Sequence record: PV419677.1
DNA from: a phage
Reading direction: 5' to 3' (one strand)
DNA: 64,000 nt
A model generated the notes under the pieces. It saw nothing but the letters and a program-made list of their open reading frames with translations. It did no database searches and was not told the origin of the DNA. Within the stretch, counting starts at the first letter, position 1, and every line of letters begins with the position of its first letter. The translations under genes and the position numbers were made by a program. Below, one piece after another: positions 28,219 through 38,976 of this stretch.

Positions 28219-28513
28219 TTACGATTTCCCAAATTTGTTTGCGAGTAGTTTCCCACATCAACTTAATCAGGTCTTCCGTAACTGGTTGGCGGTAAATTCC
28301 ACGCAGTTTAACTAAAGCATATTTGTATGCTTCAAAATTGTTTTCCAGCACTGCCCCTTGAGCATGCTTATTCAGTCGTGCAATTTCACGAGCATTCTTT
28401 TTCAGAATCTTTGCTGCTTGACTCTGTGCTTCGAGTGCGTTCGCTTCTTCGAGACGTTCCTGTGCTTCTTCAATCTGCTTATCGGTCAGTTGAGAAATAT
28501 CTGGAGCTTGCAT
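28202..28513 (-). CDS. hypothetical protein
   Basis: 103 aa ORF. Confidence 0.45.
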   Translation of the reverse strand: MQAPDISQLTDKQIEEAQERLEEANALEAQSQAAKILKKNAREIARLNKHAQGAVLENNFEAYKYALVKLRGIYRQPVTEDLIKLMWETTRKQIWEIVNGISK

Positions 28514-28514
28514 A

Positions 28515-28766
28515 TTAATCCTTGGGAGTTAACTCAATTGTAAAATATAGATTAGCATTATCCACATGATAACGGTAATCAACGTTATTATCCGGTGAAG
28601 TAAATTCCAGATTCCGGACGTTTAAAGGGTCGATATCAATTGGAAGACCTTTTATGTCTCGCAGATAAAGTTTAATGAAATATGGGAGCGCAGTAAAGTC
28701 TTCCTCGATTTTATCTAAAAAATCGGTAATATCAAATTGATGTTCCATATAAAAAATCCAAATCAC
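28515..28766 (-). CDS. hypothetical protein
   Basis: 83 aa ORF. Confidence 0.45.
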   Translation of the reverse strand: MIWIFYMEHQFDITDFLDKIEEDFTALPYFIKLYLRDIKGLPIDIDPLNVRNLEFTSPDNNVDYRYHVDNANLYFTIELTPKD

Positions 28767-29289
28767 CTTCTTTATCTTTGGCGCTCTTATCAGACCCTGG
28801 CGCTTTAACTAAAGAGGATTCGTACTGTGTCATTTTGTCATAGATGTCCTGGATAAATGTTTCATCAGCCAGAGCCACCATATCGTCGTCACGTGAATCA
28901 TACACGTTGTGAACGAAGTAGCTATATTTCTTTGCCATTTCTTTACGTTCTTTTTTGATACGCTGAACGAAAGCATTGAAGCAAGCCATTGTTATGTAAG
29001 CATGTGGATTATCGTATTTTGTTTCGTCGAAGTTATGAAGACCTTTTATTGCGGCCTCAATTCCGTCTGCAATCATTTCTTGCTTCCAGGATTGGGTATA
29101 TCCGGAGAAGTTGAAACGTTTGCTAAGACCTTCGGCTATAAGCATAATTGCCAGACCAATAACATCGTTCTGGCGAATAATTTTATTCGGGTCGGTGTTC
29201 GCATTCAGCTTCTGTTTCCACTCCGAAATAGCTTTCAGAAGCTCTTTATTATTTACATAGTTATTCTTGGTTAATTTAATTTCGTTCAT
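28732..29289 (-). CDS. 55: late sigma factor gp55
   Basis: 185 aa; NYVNNKELL...[38 protein letters not shown] matches remembered T4 gp55. Confidence 0.85.
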   Translation of the reverse strand: MNEIKLTKNNYVNNKELLKAISEWKQKLNANTDPNKIIRQNDVIGLAIMLIAEGLSKRFNFSGYTQSWKQEMIADGIEAAIKGLHNFDETKYDNPHAYITMACFNAFVQRIKKERKEMAKKYSYFVHNVYDSRDDDMVALADETFIQDIYDKMTQYESSLVKAPGSDKSAKDKEGDLDFLYGTSI

Positions 29290-29337
29290 ATCGCCTCACT
29301 TAGTATATTAATATTATATCGTCCTTGATATAAAGCG

Positions 29338-29604
29338 TTAGCGAAGTAAACAGTAAGCCTGGAAGACCTTCTCCATAATTGCCTTAAATTCGTGGATGTC
29401 AATATAAGGGATAACCTCCGCATCACTAATGAATTCCATCAAACGGTCATGCTCGTTGCGGTATTGTCCTTCATTCAGCATACCGATATGGGACTCCCAA
29501 GAGCCATACCCTTCTGCATGCGGGAAGAATGTTATTTTCATGAATTCATCCACCCAAAATGTTCCCAGGTCCTGGATGGATATCATTGTATGATTGATGT
29601 GCAT
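29338..29604 (-). CDS. hypothetical protein
   Basis: 88 aa ORF. Confidence 0.4.
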   Translation of the reverse strand: MHINHTMISIQDLGTFWVDEFMKITFFPHAEGYGSWESHIGMLNEGQYRNEHDRLMEFISDAEVIPYIDIHEFKAIMEKVFQAYCLLR

Positions 29605-29870
29605 CAGTATACCATCTGGGCAGCTTCTAAAACATCATCAAGCTTATCAAACTGGTCAACATAATCAATCCCACCAACTTCATCTTTAGCATACAACCAA
29701 TACTGATGGAATTCATATTCAATAATAAAGTGGTCGCCTTCAATCTGGAGGACACCAACATCATTAAATTGAACTGCATAACCCGTCAAGCGGACATCAT
29801 TCAGGAGTTCTTCTTTCATAGTAATCATTTCCAGGTTTTTCTCATAATGAGAGAGTTTAATTTTAATCAT
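29604..29870 (-). CDS. hypothetical protein
   Basis: 88 aa ORF. Confidence 0.4.
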   Translation of the reverse strand: MIKIKLSHYEKNLEMITMKEELLNDVRLTGYAVQFNDVGVLQIEGDHFIIEYEFHQYWLYAKDEVGGIDYVDQFDKLDDVLEAAQMVY

Positions 29871-30126
29871 TTAAGTAGTCCAGGAATTCGTCTAATGTCA
29901 TGCCTTCCGCCCAAGCTTCCCAAGCATCGATTTTGGTGTACTTGGTTTTAGTACACATAGGATAGATTCTGAATTCATATCCCATTGAAATGAAATAATT
30001 TAAAGTCCTTTGTAAATAGTAACCTTGACTAATTTTATGAGCTCGGCGAATTCCATTAGCATACGTATGTTTGTATGATACTATTACCGCAACACCTTCA
30101 GGTAATTCAATAGCAGGACACATCAT
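29863..30126 (-). CDS. hypothetical protein
   Basis: 87 aa ORF. Confidence 0.4.
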   Translation of the reverse strand: MMCPAIELPEGVAVIVSYKHTYANGIRRAHKISQGYYLQRTLNYFISMGYEFRIYPMCTKTKYTKIDAWEAWAEGMTLDEFLDYLND

Positions 30127-30449
30127 TTCGCACCCTTAATAATTTTCAGGTCAACAAAACCTTTCTTGCGCTGGGACTTCATACGCTTGATAGCTTTATC
30201 AGAAACTTCTTTGTTTTCACGCAGAAGCGGCAGACCAAACGCTACTACATCAAATTCATTCAGGATATACTGGACAAGGCTTTCACGAATACGCGCTTTA
30301 CCCATTGTCTGACCTTCTGCAATAATCAGTTTCTGTACATCGCCTTCCCACTGGTCCAGAATCTCAGGGGTAACAAAACCAGATTTCATCAGAGTGTTAA
30401 CTTTAGCAAATGCGAAATTAGCGATGATGTTAGTGATAGATGCAGTCAT
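30123..30449 (-). CDS. hypothetical protein
   Basis: 108 aa ORF. Confidence 0.45.
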   Translation of the reverse strand: MTASITNIIANFAFAKVNTLMKSGFVTPEILDQWEGDVQKLIIAEGQTMGKARIRESLVQYILNEFDVVAFGLPLLRENKEVSDKAIKRMKSQRKKGFVDLKIIKGAK

Positions 30450-30521
30450 GATATATTCCTCAGTCTCATTAAATTAAAATTTTATTATCCTGGGGTCATT
30501 ATACCATGACCCCGTTGGTTT

Positions 30522-30812
30522 TTACTGCGCTTTAGCGCCTTTCCAGCCTTCATACATCATTGCAACGGACAAAAGCAGTGCGCCTTCGCATGCTGCGTAC
30601 TTATTATTCCAAAACCAGTTCAGAAAAACTTCATCCTCAATGCCAGAGTGTTTCATGTTCTGAAAAAATTTGGCACGTTCTTCTGCAATACGTTGTGACA
30701 ATTTAGATTGTGGATTCATATTTTCCTCAGCTATAGTAATAACAGATATTAGCTTTACGTTTGGCTGTTCGATGTGAAGTATTGTAATCCGGTTCGTCAT
30801 CCATGTAAACAT
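30522..30812 (-). CDS. hypothetical protein
   Basis: 96 aa ORF; overlaps the next ORF, start uncertain. Confidence 0.35.
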   Translation of the reverse strand: MFTWMTNRITILHIEQPNVKLISVITIAEENMNPQSKLSQRIAEERAKFFQNMKHSGIEDEVFLNWFWNNKYAACEGALLLSVAMMYEGWKGAKAQ

Positions 30813-31020
30813 CCTTTTTCAGCTTTCTCACTTCCCCGCGAGCAATTCGGTTCTGTTCGTTTTTAACTTCAGAAGAAATACCACCCATACGCTTCCATTT
30901 GTCTGAACGGAAGATATTTTCTTCAACTAAATCCTGACTTACGCCGTCTGGTGCTTTACGACGTCCGGAATAATAAAAATCTTTTACAGACAATTCTTTG
31001 CGACGAATAGTTTTACCCAT
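30727..31020 (-). CDS. hypothetical protein
   Basis: 97 aa basic ORF. Confidence 0.35.
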   Translation of the reverse strand: MGKTIRRKELSVKDFYYSGRRKAPDGVSQDLVEENIFRSDKWKRMGGISSEVKNEQNRIARGEVRKLKKDVYMDDEPDYNTSHRTAKRKANICYYYS

Positions 31021-31022
31021 AG

Positions 31023-31277
31023 TTACCTCAACAGTTTGTATCCAATAAGATTTTTAATGTACTGGATATCTTTGACATCCAAATCCAACTTAAGGTCTTT
31101 CAGACGGTCACCCAGGGTCAAAAAGGTTACATGCTTCCAATTCTTCACTGGGCAGCAATAAGTCTTAGGACCATTTGCAATTTCAATATTCTTATCAGTG
31201 ACGGTGAGAAAAATTAGGCGCTCATCATCCAGATTAAGGGTAATGATATTTTTCATTGAGTGTAATTTCAGGTTCAT
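31023..31277 (-). CDS. hypothetical protein
   Basis: 84 aa ORF. Confidence 0.4.
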   Translation of the reverse strand: MNLKLHSMKNIITLNLDDERLIFLTVTDKNIEIANGPKTYCCPVKNWKHVTFLTLGDRLKDLKLDLDVKDIQYIKNLIGYKLLR

Positions 31278-31528
31278 AATTTAATTTCCTTAGCTATCGA
31301 ACAAAACACTCCACGGTCACAAATCATTTTAATACCAAGGTCAATTATGGTATACCACACATCCAGGCTAGATATTTCAGTTACTAAAACAGCTTTGCCG
31401 TTGATTGAATAATACTGGTTGACTTTAATTTCTTTATCATTGATAGTCATTTTGTTTTCCTCATCAGTAGTTGATGGGATAATGATACACCGTTCAAAGG
31501 GGCTTGTACACCCCTTTTTAATCTTCAA
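31274..31528 (-). CDS. hypothetical protein
   Basis: 84 aa ORF preceded by an early promoter/leader motif at 31451-31510. Confidence 0.45.
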   Translation of the reverse strand: MKIKKGCTSPFERCIIIPSTTDEENKMTINDKEIKVNQYYSINGKAVLVTEISSLDVWYTIIDLGIKMICDRGVFCSIAKEIKL

Positions 31529-31835
31529 TTAAGTCCTGGTCATACCCCAGGGATATCAGTTTTGTTTTAAAGGCAGGAATATTTGTCATTTTTTCATCAT
31601 TGACAAAAATCACTGGGTAACGAATGTTAAGGGTAGGATATCCAGCACGCTTAGCCAAAGACACGATTAAAGGTCTGTCATAAGCGATTTCAGAGCCTTG
31701 TTTGTTAAGGACTGAATAGAATGTATAAGGAAGGTTTAAGGAGCCCAGAAGGCTCCTGACGTGCATACAACCAGGGCATCGACCGACTTCTTCGGGGATA
31801 CCATAGATTTCAATCTTAGTCGAGTTTTGGCCCAC
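31518..31835 (-). CDS. glutaredoxin/thioredoxin-like redoxin (NrdH-like)
   Basis: 105 aa; CxxC motif CPGC near N-terminus; upstream of nrdG/nrdD. Confidence 0.5.
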   Translation of the reverse strand: MGQNSTKIEIYGIPEEVGRCPGCMHVRSLLGSLNLPYTFYSVLNKQGSEIAYDRPLIVSLAKRAGYPTLNIRYPVIFVNDEKMTNIPAFKTKLISLGYDQDLIED

Positions 31836-32115
31836 AGGAAATCACTCCTTGGTAGTTCCAGGTTTTAATAACTTCTTCATCGTTGGCGGTTGCATACGGG
31901 ACATAAATCTGAATAAGGAAACCTGTGTCATCGAAAGAGAAATAAACCGTCGGTTTGATTCCATGAATCTCAGATAGAGCATAGATATCTTTAAGGTCTT
32001 CTTCTTTATCAGCAAAGAATTTCGGGTCCAAGTCACAGTCATGGAAGTACCATTCATCACCGAACTTGTCCCACGCGGTCCAATTAGTAGCTACATATTC
32101 TTCAAAACGTTTCAT
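31816..32115 (-). CDS. hypothetical protein
   Basis: 99 aa ORF. Confidence 0.4.
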   Translation of the reverse strand: MKRFEEYVATNWTAWDKFGDEWYFHDCDLDPKFFADKEEDLKDIYALSEIHGIKPTVYFSFDDTGFLIQIYVPYATANDEEVIKTWNYQGVISCGPKLD

Positions 32116-32351
32116 TCTTTCACCTTCATCATTTTTGCAATGGTACTATGAATAGTCTGGATTCTTTTGTTGAATTCAGAGCTTTCGAGGCCAGGATTGG
32201 TGCTTAACCAACCGATAATAACAAACAGTAAACCAAACGGGATAGCCAGAATAAGCAGACAAACGATGAACAACACAAGCATTATGTTTGCCAGAATATC
32301 TGCTGTAGCATTACGAAATTTATTCATATTTACCCTTAATTGATTAACCAA
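32112..32351 (-). CDS. small membrane protein
   Basis: 79 aa with two hydrophobic helices. Confidence 0.4.
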   Translation of the reverse strand: MVNQLRVNMNKFRNATADILANIMLVLFIVCLLILAIPFGLLFVIIGWLSTNPGLESSEFNKRIQTIHSTIAKMMKVKE

Positions 32352-32441
32352 GCATTGATAAACACTAAACTATACTGCGAATAAAATTCTGGACCAAAAT
32401 GAAAAATCATATCATTTATAGTATCCATAATGTAATTCAAT

Positions 32442-32912
32442 TTAATCATGTTTCCACACCCCATCGGTATTTGACCAAAGTCGCTGATTATCTGACCCTC
32501 GCCACAGTTTTTTGGTCGGAAGATTTTTCTCATACTTCCCATCAATAATAACATCAACATATTTAAGCATTTCTAGTTGTTTAATATCTTCAAACTTATA
32601 TCCTGTCCACAACCAAATGCTTTTATTGGGATAAAGATTTTTAATAGTTTGAACCACAGAGTGAATAACATCTCGGTTATCAGGATAGAGAGGGTCTCCT
32701 CCGGTTATAGTTAATCCTTCTATATAATCATTATTCAAACATTCAATTAATTGTTCTAGTGTTTCGCCAGTGAATGGAATACCATTTCTAGCGTTCCATG
32801 TTGATTTATTATAACACCCTTCGCATTTATGCAAACAACCTGTAACGAAAAGAACGACCCTGCATCCAGGGCCATTCACAAAATCGCAAGGATAAAATCT
32901 ATCATAATTCAT
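32442..32912 (-). CDS. nrdG: anaerobic ribonucleotide reductase activating protein NrdG (radical SAM)
   Basis: 156 aa; cysteine cluster CLHKCEGC. Confidence 0.85.
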   Translation of the reverse strand: MNYDRFYPCDFVNGPGCRVVLFVTGCLHKCEGCYNKSTWNARNGIPFTGETLEQLIECLNNDYIEGLTITGGDPLYPDNRDVIHSVVQTIKNLYPNKSIWLWTGYKFEDIKQLEMLKYVDVIIDGKYEKNLPTKKLWRGSDNQRLWSNTDGVWKHD

Positions 32913-34726
32913 TGGTGTTTAACCCTATGCATGATTTCTTTATTTTTGCCGAGATTAAATCCGCGTTCGTTCGGATTTCCCAAATAACCACAAGTTCTTC
33001 TTATTGTGTTCATCTTTTTAGGATCAGTTTCTCCACAAATAGAACAAACAAATCCGTTTTCAGTAGGAGTCATTTCATGGGTACTTCCACACGTAAAACA
33101 TTTATCTACTGGCATATTAACACCAAAATAATCTAAATGTTGTGCAGCATAATCCCATACAGCCTCAAGACCTTTTAAGTTATTTTTCATATCAGGAAGT
33201 TCAACATAAGAAATGTGACCACCTGTTGCAATGAAATGATATGGTGCTTCGCGAGAAATCTTTTCAAACGGGGTGATATTTTCTTCTACTGAAATATGGA
33301 AACTATTAGTGTACCAGCCTTTATCAGTAACATCCTTTACATTTCCATATTTTTCAGTATCAAGTTTACAGAAGCGATAACAAAGGTTTTCAGCAGGTGT
33401 AGAATACAAACTAAAAGCAAAACCGGTTCTTTCAGTCCACTGCTTAAGACGAGCATTCATTTTAGTTAAAATTTCTTGCCCAATATCACGACCGGCAAGA
33501 ATATTCAATTCGTGAATACCAATGTATCCCAAAGACACTGAACTTCTACCGTTTTTAAATAACTCAATTATATCATCATCAGGTTTAAGACGAACCCCGA
33601 ACGCACCTTCTTGGTAAAGAATAGGAGCAACAGTCGCTTTAACTCCTTTTAAAGAACTAATTCTACACATCAAAGCTTCAAAACATAAATCCATTCGCTC
33701 ATTGAACAATTCGATAAATTTCTGTTCATTGAACTGTGTTCCAATATAAGAATCTAATGCAATACGAGGAAGATTCAGTGTTACAACACCAAGATTATTA
33801 CGTCCATCAAGAATTTCATTACCAGTCGAATCTTTCCATACGCCCAAGAAACTACGACAACCCATTGGAGAAACAGGAATAGATGAACCGGTGATAGCTT
33901 TATTATTCTTAACTGAAATAATATCAGGATACATTCTTTTGCTTGCACACTCTAGAGCAAGCTGCTTAATATCATAGTTCGGGTCGTCTTTATAAAGATT
34001 AACACCTTCTTCAACGAACATAACAAGTTTAGGGAAAATAGGAGTTATCCCATCGCGACCAAGACCTTTGATACGATTTTTCAGAATTGCTTTCTGAATC
34101 ATTCGTTCAGTCCAGTCAGTTCCCGTACCAAATGTAATGGTTACAAAAGGCGTTTGTCCGTTTGAACTAAAGAGAGTATTTACTTCGTATTCATAAGCTT
34201 GGAATGCATCGTATACGTCTTTTTCTGTTTTAGATTGGGCATAATTCAATGCATCAGTGATTTGCCATTTTTCTGCGTCTTCAATATGTTTTGCGTATGT
34301 ACGTTTAACATAAGGAGAAAATACTTTATCTACATTCGCAAAAGTCGTTCCGCCATATTGATGGGAAGCAACCTGTGCAGTAATTTGTGCCATAATTGCA
34401 GTAGCAACACTGATTGATTTAGGAGTTTCAATCTGTGCATTACCGAGCTTAAACCCGTTCTCAAGCATTCCTTTTAAATCTACTAAACAACAATTAGTAA
34501 ATGGAAGAGCAGGGGAATAATCAATATCATGGAAATGGATAATTCCGCTTTCATGCGCTTTCATAATAAAAGATGGGACCATATTTTTGGCAATGTGTTT
34601 AGACACAATACCAGCCATAAGGTCACGTTGAGTTGGAAAAACACGAGAATCTTTATTAGCATTCTCGTTTAAAAGGTCTTTATTAGTTTTATGAATCAAT
34701 CCTTCAATTTCGTTTTCAATTGTCAT
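32909..34726 (-). CDS. nrdD: anaerobic ribonucleoside-triphosphate reductase NrdD
   Basis: 605 aa continuous ORF; C-terminal glycyl-radical motif RRTCGYLG; zinc ribbon CxxC...CxxC. Confidence 0.9.
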   Translation of the reverse strand: MTIENEIEGLIHKTNKDLLNENANKDSRVFPTQRDLMAGIVSKHIAKNMVPSFIMKAHESGIIHFHDIDYSPALPFTNCCLVDLKGMLENGFKLGNAQIETPKSISVATAIMAQITAQVASHQYGGTTFANVDKVFSPYVKRTYAKHIEDAEKWQITDALNYAQSKTEKDVYDAFQAYEYEVNTLFSSNGQTPFVTITFGTGTDWTERMIQKAILKNRIKGLGRDGITPIFPKLVMFVEEGVNLYKDDPNYDIKQLALECASKRMYPDIISVKNNKAITGSSIPVSPMGCRSFLGVWKDSTGNEILDGRNNLGVVTLNLPRIALDSYIGTQFNEQKFIELFNERMDLCFEALMCRISSLKGVKATVAPILYQEGAFGVRLKPDDDIIELFKNGRSSVSLGYIGIHELNILAGRDIGQEILTKMNARLKQWTERTGFAFSLYSTPAENLCYRFCKLDTEKYGNVKDVTDKGWYTNSFHISVEENITPFEKISREAPYHFIATGGHISYVELPDMKNNLKGLEAVWDYAAQHLDYFGVNMPVDKCFTCGSTHEMTPTENGFVCSICGETDPKKMNTIRRTCGYLGNPNERGFNLGKNKEIMHRVKHQ

Positions 34727-35196
34727 TTTAAACTCTTTCTAAGCTGCTTCTTAAATGAAGCCATTAATTGTGTTTTGGTGTCAGATTCATTATAAGTCAT
34801 ACCATTCAAAAGCATTTCCCGAATCATTTCTTCTTTTCCCAGACGACCGAACTCTTTGGCTTTGTCTGTTACAAAATTGGGGTGAATATTGTTTTCGGTA
34901 TAATCAGATTTCAGATAGACAAGCAAACTCTCTAACCATTCCAGGTAGTCAACATCACGACCTTTCAGACCCGAGCGGCTGAACTTATGCTTCATTTGCC
35001 CTTCTGTCCCATTGCACAGATTGCATAGTAACCCGCGAACCTTACCAGCTTTTGGCCCGTTCAATTCGTGGTCATGGTCAAGATGATTGGCCTGAACATC
35101 GGAGTCCAAATCACGGTGGCAAATTGGACACTTACCAGCTTGTGCATCATAAAGTTTTTGTTTTTCTTCTTTGTATAATTTGCCAGTCAACAACAT
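34723..35196 (-). CDS. 49: endonuclease VII gp49 (Holliday junction resolvase)
   Basis: 157 aa; CPICHRDLD...HLDHDH...CNLCNG zinc-binding N-terminus. Confidence 0.8.
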   Translation of the reverse strand: MLLTGKLYKEEKQKLYDAQAGKCPICHRDLDSDVQANHLDHDHELNGPKAGKVRGLLCNLCNGTEGQMKHKFSRSGLKGRDVDYLEWLESLLVYLKSDYTENNIHPNFVTDKAKEFGRLGKEEMIREMLLNGMTYNESDTKTQLMASFKKQLRKSLK

Positions 35197-35231
35197 AATA
35201 AACCCTTACCATTATTAGATAAGGGTATTTA

Positions 35232-35465
35232 TTATTTTTCGAATGTACTATAAAACGAGCGATGCAATCGTTTAAATTGACGAATCATCTTTTTGGTAGG
35301 TCGAGTATACAATCCTACACAGGTGGCCATAAACTGGTCGGTAGGACTTCCTTTGATAAGAAGTTTCCAGACCTTAGTGCCATTTAGTTTTTCAGTATAA
35401 ATCAGTTCAGTTTTCATAGTAAAACCCAAACTCCATATCGATGAAATCATTGTTTGAAGGTTCAT
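35232..35465 (-). CDS. hypothetical protein
   Basis: 77 aa; PTKKMIRQFKRLHRSFY motif shared with 10635-10874. Confidence 0.4.
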   Translation of the reverse strand: MNLQTMISSIWSLGFTMKTELIYTEKLNGTKVWKLLIKGSPTDQFMATCVGLYTRPTKKMIRQFKRLHRSFYSTFEK

Positions 35466-35539
35466 TATACTCTATTTCGGAATCGTTGTAAACAGGTTCC
35501 TCTGGCTCGGTAGTTTTCCACCGAGCGACATACCATGGC

Positions 35540-35848
35540 TTAACGGTCACACCACCAACTACTTACTTCAAAATCAGGTTCACCGTGTTCCCAGTACCAA
35601 GGACCGACTGGGTGCCAATCGCCATGTTCATCTTCTTCGTATTCTTCAGATTCGAGCCCAACGTATTGCCATTGGACTTCATAAGCAGTGCCACCGATTA
35701 CAACAGTGTTCTCGCCATATGGATGGGCTACAGCAAAGTCTATACCTTCTGCTTTGGCTAACCAAACCATATATTCGTATAGCTTATATTCCAGGTCATC
35801 TTCGGTGCCATCACCTAGAAAAATGGTTTGTTCGTTTAATTCAATCAT
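35540..35848 (-). CDS. hypothetical acidic protein
   Basis: 102 aa ORF. Confidence 0.45.
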   Translation of the reverse strand: MIELNEQTIFLGDGTEDDLEYKLYEYMVWLAKAEGIDFAVAHPYGENTVVIGGTAYEVQWQYVGLESEEYEEDEHGDWHPVGPWYWEHGEPDFEVSSWWCDR

Positions 35849-36033
35849 AATTCCACCATAAATTCAAATAGCTGGTCACGTACACAAGTATCAGTCCAAC
35901 CCCATTTGTTGGCTTCTTCTTTTAACCAATCCGGGAGATTTGTCAATACGGTTTCTTTACTAGGCGCGGGAGTATCAAACTCTCTCGTCAACTCTCTTGC
36001 GCAGGTTTTATAGGCCATATCAAATTCAGTCAT
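35845..36033 (-). CDS. hypothetical protein
   Basis: 62 aa ORF. Confidence 0.35.
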   Translation of the reverse strand: MTEFDMAYKTCARELTREFDTPAPSKETVLTNLPDWLKEEANKWGWTDTCVRDQLFEFMVEL

Positions 36034-36187
36034 TTAAAGTTCCAGAATGAAGCACCAACCAGAAATAAAGGCCAACAAATCATAGATGTCAGCCACCAAC
36101 AAAAGTCACCGGAGTCATCCAATTTAGCTAGGGTCTTAGCATAACCAATACCGATGATAAGATACAAAACAACCAACGATAATTCAA

Positions 36188-36451
36188 TCATTTGAAGTAT
36201 GCTCGCAGTTGGTCGAAGCCACCAATATGACTTCCGTCGGGGGCAAATACTTGCGGCATGGTCAAACCAATTTGGGATTCGCGGCCAAGCGCAGCCAGGA
36301 GTTGGGCAATCTTCTCATCATCAAACACACCTTTTTCTGGCATAACGTTGATGAACTCGTAAGGTTGTTTTTTAACATCCAAAAAACGTTTTGCATTATC
36401 GCAGAATACACAGCGATGAATAGATGAATCATAACCATATACTTTAAACAT
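36188..36451 (-). CDS. nrdC: glutaredoxin NrdC
   Basis: 87 aa; MFKVYGYDS...CVFCDNAK...MPQVFAPDGSHIGGFDQL matches remembered T4 NrdC. Confidence 0.85.
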   Translation of the reverse strand: MFKVYGYDSSIHRCVFCDNAKRFLDVKKQPYEFINVMPEKGVFDDEKIAQLLAALGRESQIGLTMPQVFAPDGSHIGGFDQLRAYFK

Positions 36452-36452
36452 A

Positions 36453-36710
36453 TTATTCCTTAATTCCTAATACTTGTTTGAAGGTCTCAGTATAATCGGG
36501 GTATTGACCGGTTTGTTCTTTATGTTTGACCATAATACCATAAACTCCTGAACGCATATTATTATATGAACGAGTTAAAGCAGATTTCAATACTGAATAA
36601 CTATCCGGAAGTTTACCGTGTTCTTTATAATAGGCCAGAGTTAATTCACGGACCGCCTTATCAGCAGTCTCAAGATATTCTTTACGCTTTGCCATTTTCG
36701 TCTCGCTCAA
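36453..36710 (-). CDS. hypothetical protein
   Basis: 85 aa ORF. Confidence 0.4.
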   Translation of the reverse strand: MSETKMAKRKEYLETADKAVRELTLAYYKEHGKLPDSYSVLKSALTRSYNNMRSGVYGIMVKHKEQTGQYPDYTETFKQVLGIKE

Positions 36711-37026
36711 ATTTGTGTTTACAATGTCTGCATTTGTAACGAAGAGTACTAGTCTGCCAATGGACTAACTGGACCTGTTCAGTTCCGCATTCTGGACAGT
36801 TAGGAACGCTCTTAGAAGCACGTTCACGGCGGCGAACCATAGCCATTACCATATCCCAATCAGGAACCTGACTATAATCATCACAGCCATGAATCTTTCC
36901 TAACTGCACAAGGTCAACGCCCTCAGCGTTTTCAATAAATTTTAAAAGACCTTTATTAAACCCCGCCCCGGGTGTCCATTCTGGAAATGCAGTTTCTGCA
37001 ATATCTTCAGCTAAACGTTGTTTCAT
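36682..37026 (-). CDS. zinc-ribbon protein
   Basis: 114 aa; CPECG...CRHCKH. Confidence 0.45.
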   Translation of the reverse strand: MKQRLAEDIAETAFPEWTPGAGFNKGLLKFIENAEGVDLVQLGKIHGCDDYSQVPDWDMVMAMVRRRERASKSVPNCPECGTEQVQLVHWQTSTLRYKCRHCKHKFERDENGKA

Positions 37027-38012
37027 TTCAGCAGCTCCAGAGCCTGTTCCAGTTTATCCAGACGATTAGTTGATTCTTCCCAAAATCGCTTGGCTTTGGT
37101 ATAGTCTTCAGTTGCCTTTTTATTAACAGCAAGAGCTTTATTATACGCTGTTTCCAGGGCAACAATTTCAGGCGCTTTTTGTTCCACTGACTCATTATTC
37201 AGATTATCAATCAGGTCTTCAAGGGTGGTTTCTTGCGGAGCGTTCATAATTTCCTCACTTTTCTTTTTATGGATTTCTGCAATAGTTGGTTGCTTTGCAC
37301 ATTTAACTTCACGCAATGTCACCACAATTTTCCAACCTTTCCAACCATGAGTACTGGTGATAGGGTCTACTTTAATTTTTTCAACAGTGCGCATATAATT
37401 AAGGGCACACTGCAGCTGATGAACAAGAACACATGCAACATCAAGATACTTTTTGACATTTTCTGGGGTAGCCACCGGCGTAAAGAATTCATACTTAACT
37501 GCAATAATTACCTGGTTTTCACCAGACTCTTTAACATTTATCATGTGCTCAGCCAAATGGGAGATAGTGCGAAAATCACCGCCCATCAATTTTGTCGCTG
37601 ATTTTATGATAGACATTTTGTTATCTCTGAATTCACGAGCCCAACAATTTGCGAATTCAGAAACAGTATAGCCTTGCTTATCAAGGTAGTATTTTTCAAC
37701 ATCACCAAACCAATGATATCCAATTGTACCTTTACCGCGTCTGGATTCAACGCCAAACTTATTAAGAAGGTCTTTATTAACCAGGTATGCCAGGACTCGG
37801 GAACCTTTAAAAGTTTTCTTGATATCATCATTACCGGCACGACTCGCAATAGTTGCAATGTCTTTCTTGAAGCGACCAGATGCAACAATCGTCGAGTCAA
37901 TCTGATTTAACCAGTAATTGATAATTAAAAGGATAGCCGATTCGCCTATCAATGGTTTTACTTTTGTGTCGATAGTTGCGTTAAAGGCCTGGATATATTC
38001 ATTACGTGTCAT
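37023..38012 (-). CDS. hypothetical protein
   Basis: 329 aa ORF. Confidence 0.5.
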   Translation of the reverse strand: MTRNEYIQAFNATIDTKVKPLIGESAILLIINYWLNQIDSTIVASGRFKKDIATIASRAGNDDIKKTFKGSRVLAYLVNKDLLNKFGVESRRGKGTIGYHWFGDVEKYYLDKQGYTVSEFANCWAREFRDNKMSIIKSATKLMGGDFRTISHLAEHMINVKESGENQVIIAVKYEFFTPVATPENVKKYLDVACVLVHQLQCALNYMRTVEKIKVDPITSTHGWKGWKIVVTLREVKCAKQPTIAEIHKKKSEEIMNAPQETTLEDLIDNLNNESVEQKAPEIVALETAYNKALAVNKKATEDYTKAKRFWEESTNRLDKLEQALELLK

Positions 38013-38070
38013 AGTGTTCTCCTCATAAAGTAGGAATTCATTATACTCCCTCCATCCTTGGAAGTAAACA

Positions 38071-38976
38071 TTATTTTAATGCTAAAATCGCCGCCTGCAA
38101 TTTATTGCGTTGCGTTTCCATATTCTTGATGCGATTCAGAACATCCTGAATACCCTTTTTCTCATCTTCAATCAGACCGTTTAAGCGGTTGACTGATTCC
38201 TGGATAGCATCAGCATGATAACTCTCAATAGGCTTCATTGGTGGGTTAAAGATTTCAAGAGAGCTATCCGGTTGGACTTTCCATTTGTACATGTTTTTAA
38301 CGTCCACTGGCGAAATTTTAGCCTGGTCGTAAGATTTAAACTGACCTGTAACTGCTGGGTTATATGTCGCAGTAGGGATATGTTCTGCCATTTCTGGTTC
38401 CTTTTTCTCTTGATAAGGTGCATAAGACAAAAGATATTCTTTAGTTAATTTAATATCAATGACTATAGTTTTAAGGAATTTTTCCGTTTGGTGGATATAA
38501 TTTGTATCTTCTTCAAACGTGTATGCTTCAACAGCATGGCGCATATAAAACAGCGCGATACCCATAACCTCTTTAAAGGTATCACAAAGAACAACGTCGC
38601 CCTTGGTGGTTGGTTTGAACTTAATCTGTATACCATCATTCTTGATATTGATAATCAAGTTACTGGAGTTAAAATTATAGTTCTTGATGTTAACCGGAGC
38701 TTTACGAATACGAAGTCCAGCTGCCAGGATTTCCTTGATGCTCTTACGAACTGTGGCACCAAACAAAAACGCCGGGCGGCGGCAGTAATCATTCAGAGAG
38801 TTAATTCTTACAATACGTTGTCCATACCCCTGGGTGGCAGAACCTGATTTGATTTTGCCAAAGTTGACCAGAGAATTCATCGCGATAAGACGGGTTGCAC
38901 GTCCTTCACGCTGTTCAAATCGAGAATATTCTTTACGTGTTTTAATGTTCATATCAAAGTCCAAATAATTTTTCAT
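38071..38976 (-). CDS. hypothetical protein
   Basis: 301 aa ORF. Confidence 0.5.
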   Translation of the reverse strand: MKNYLDFDMNIKTRKEYSRFEQREGRATRLIAMNSLVNFGKIKSGSATQGYGQRIVRINSLNDYCRRPAFLFGATVRKSIKEILAAGLRIRKAPVNIKNYNFNSSNLIINIKNDGIQIKFKPTTKGDVVLCDTFKEVMGIALFYMRHAVEAYTFEEDTNYIHQTEKFLKTIVIDIKLTKEYLLSYAPYQEKKEPEMAEHIPTATYNPAVTGQFKSYDQAKISPVDVKNMYKWKVQPDSSLEIFNPPMKPIESYHADAIQESVNRLNGLIEDEKKGIQDVLNRIKNMETQRNKLQAAILALK

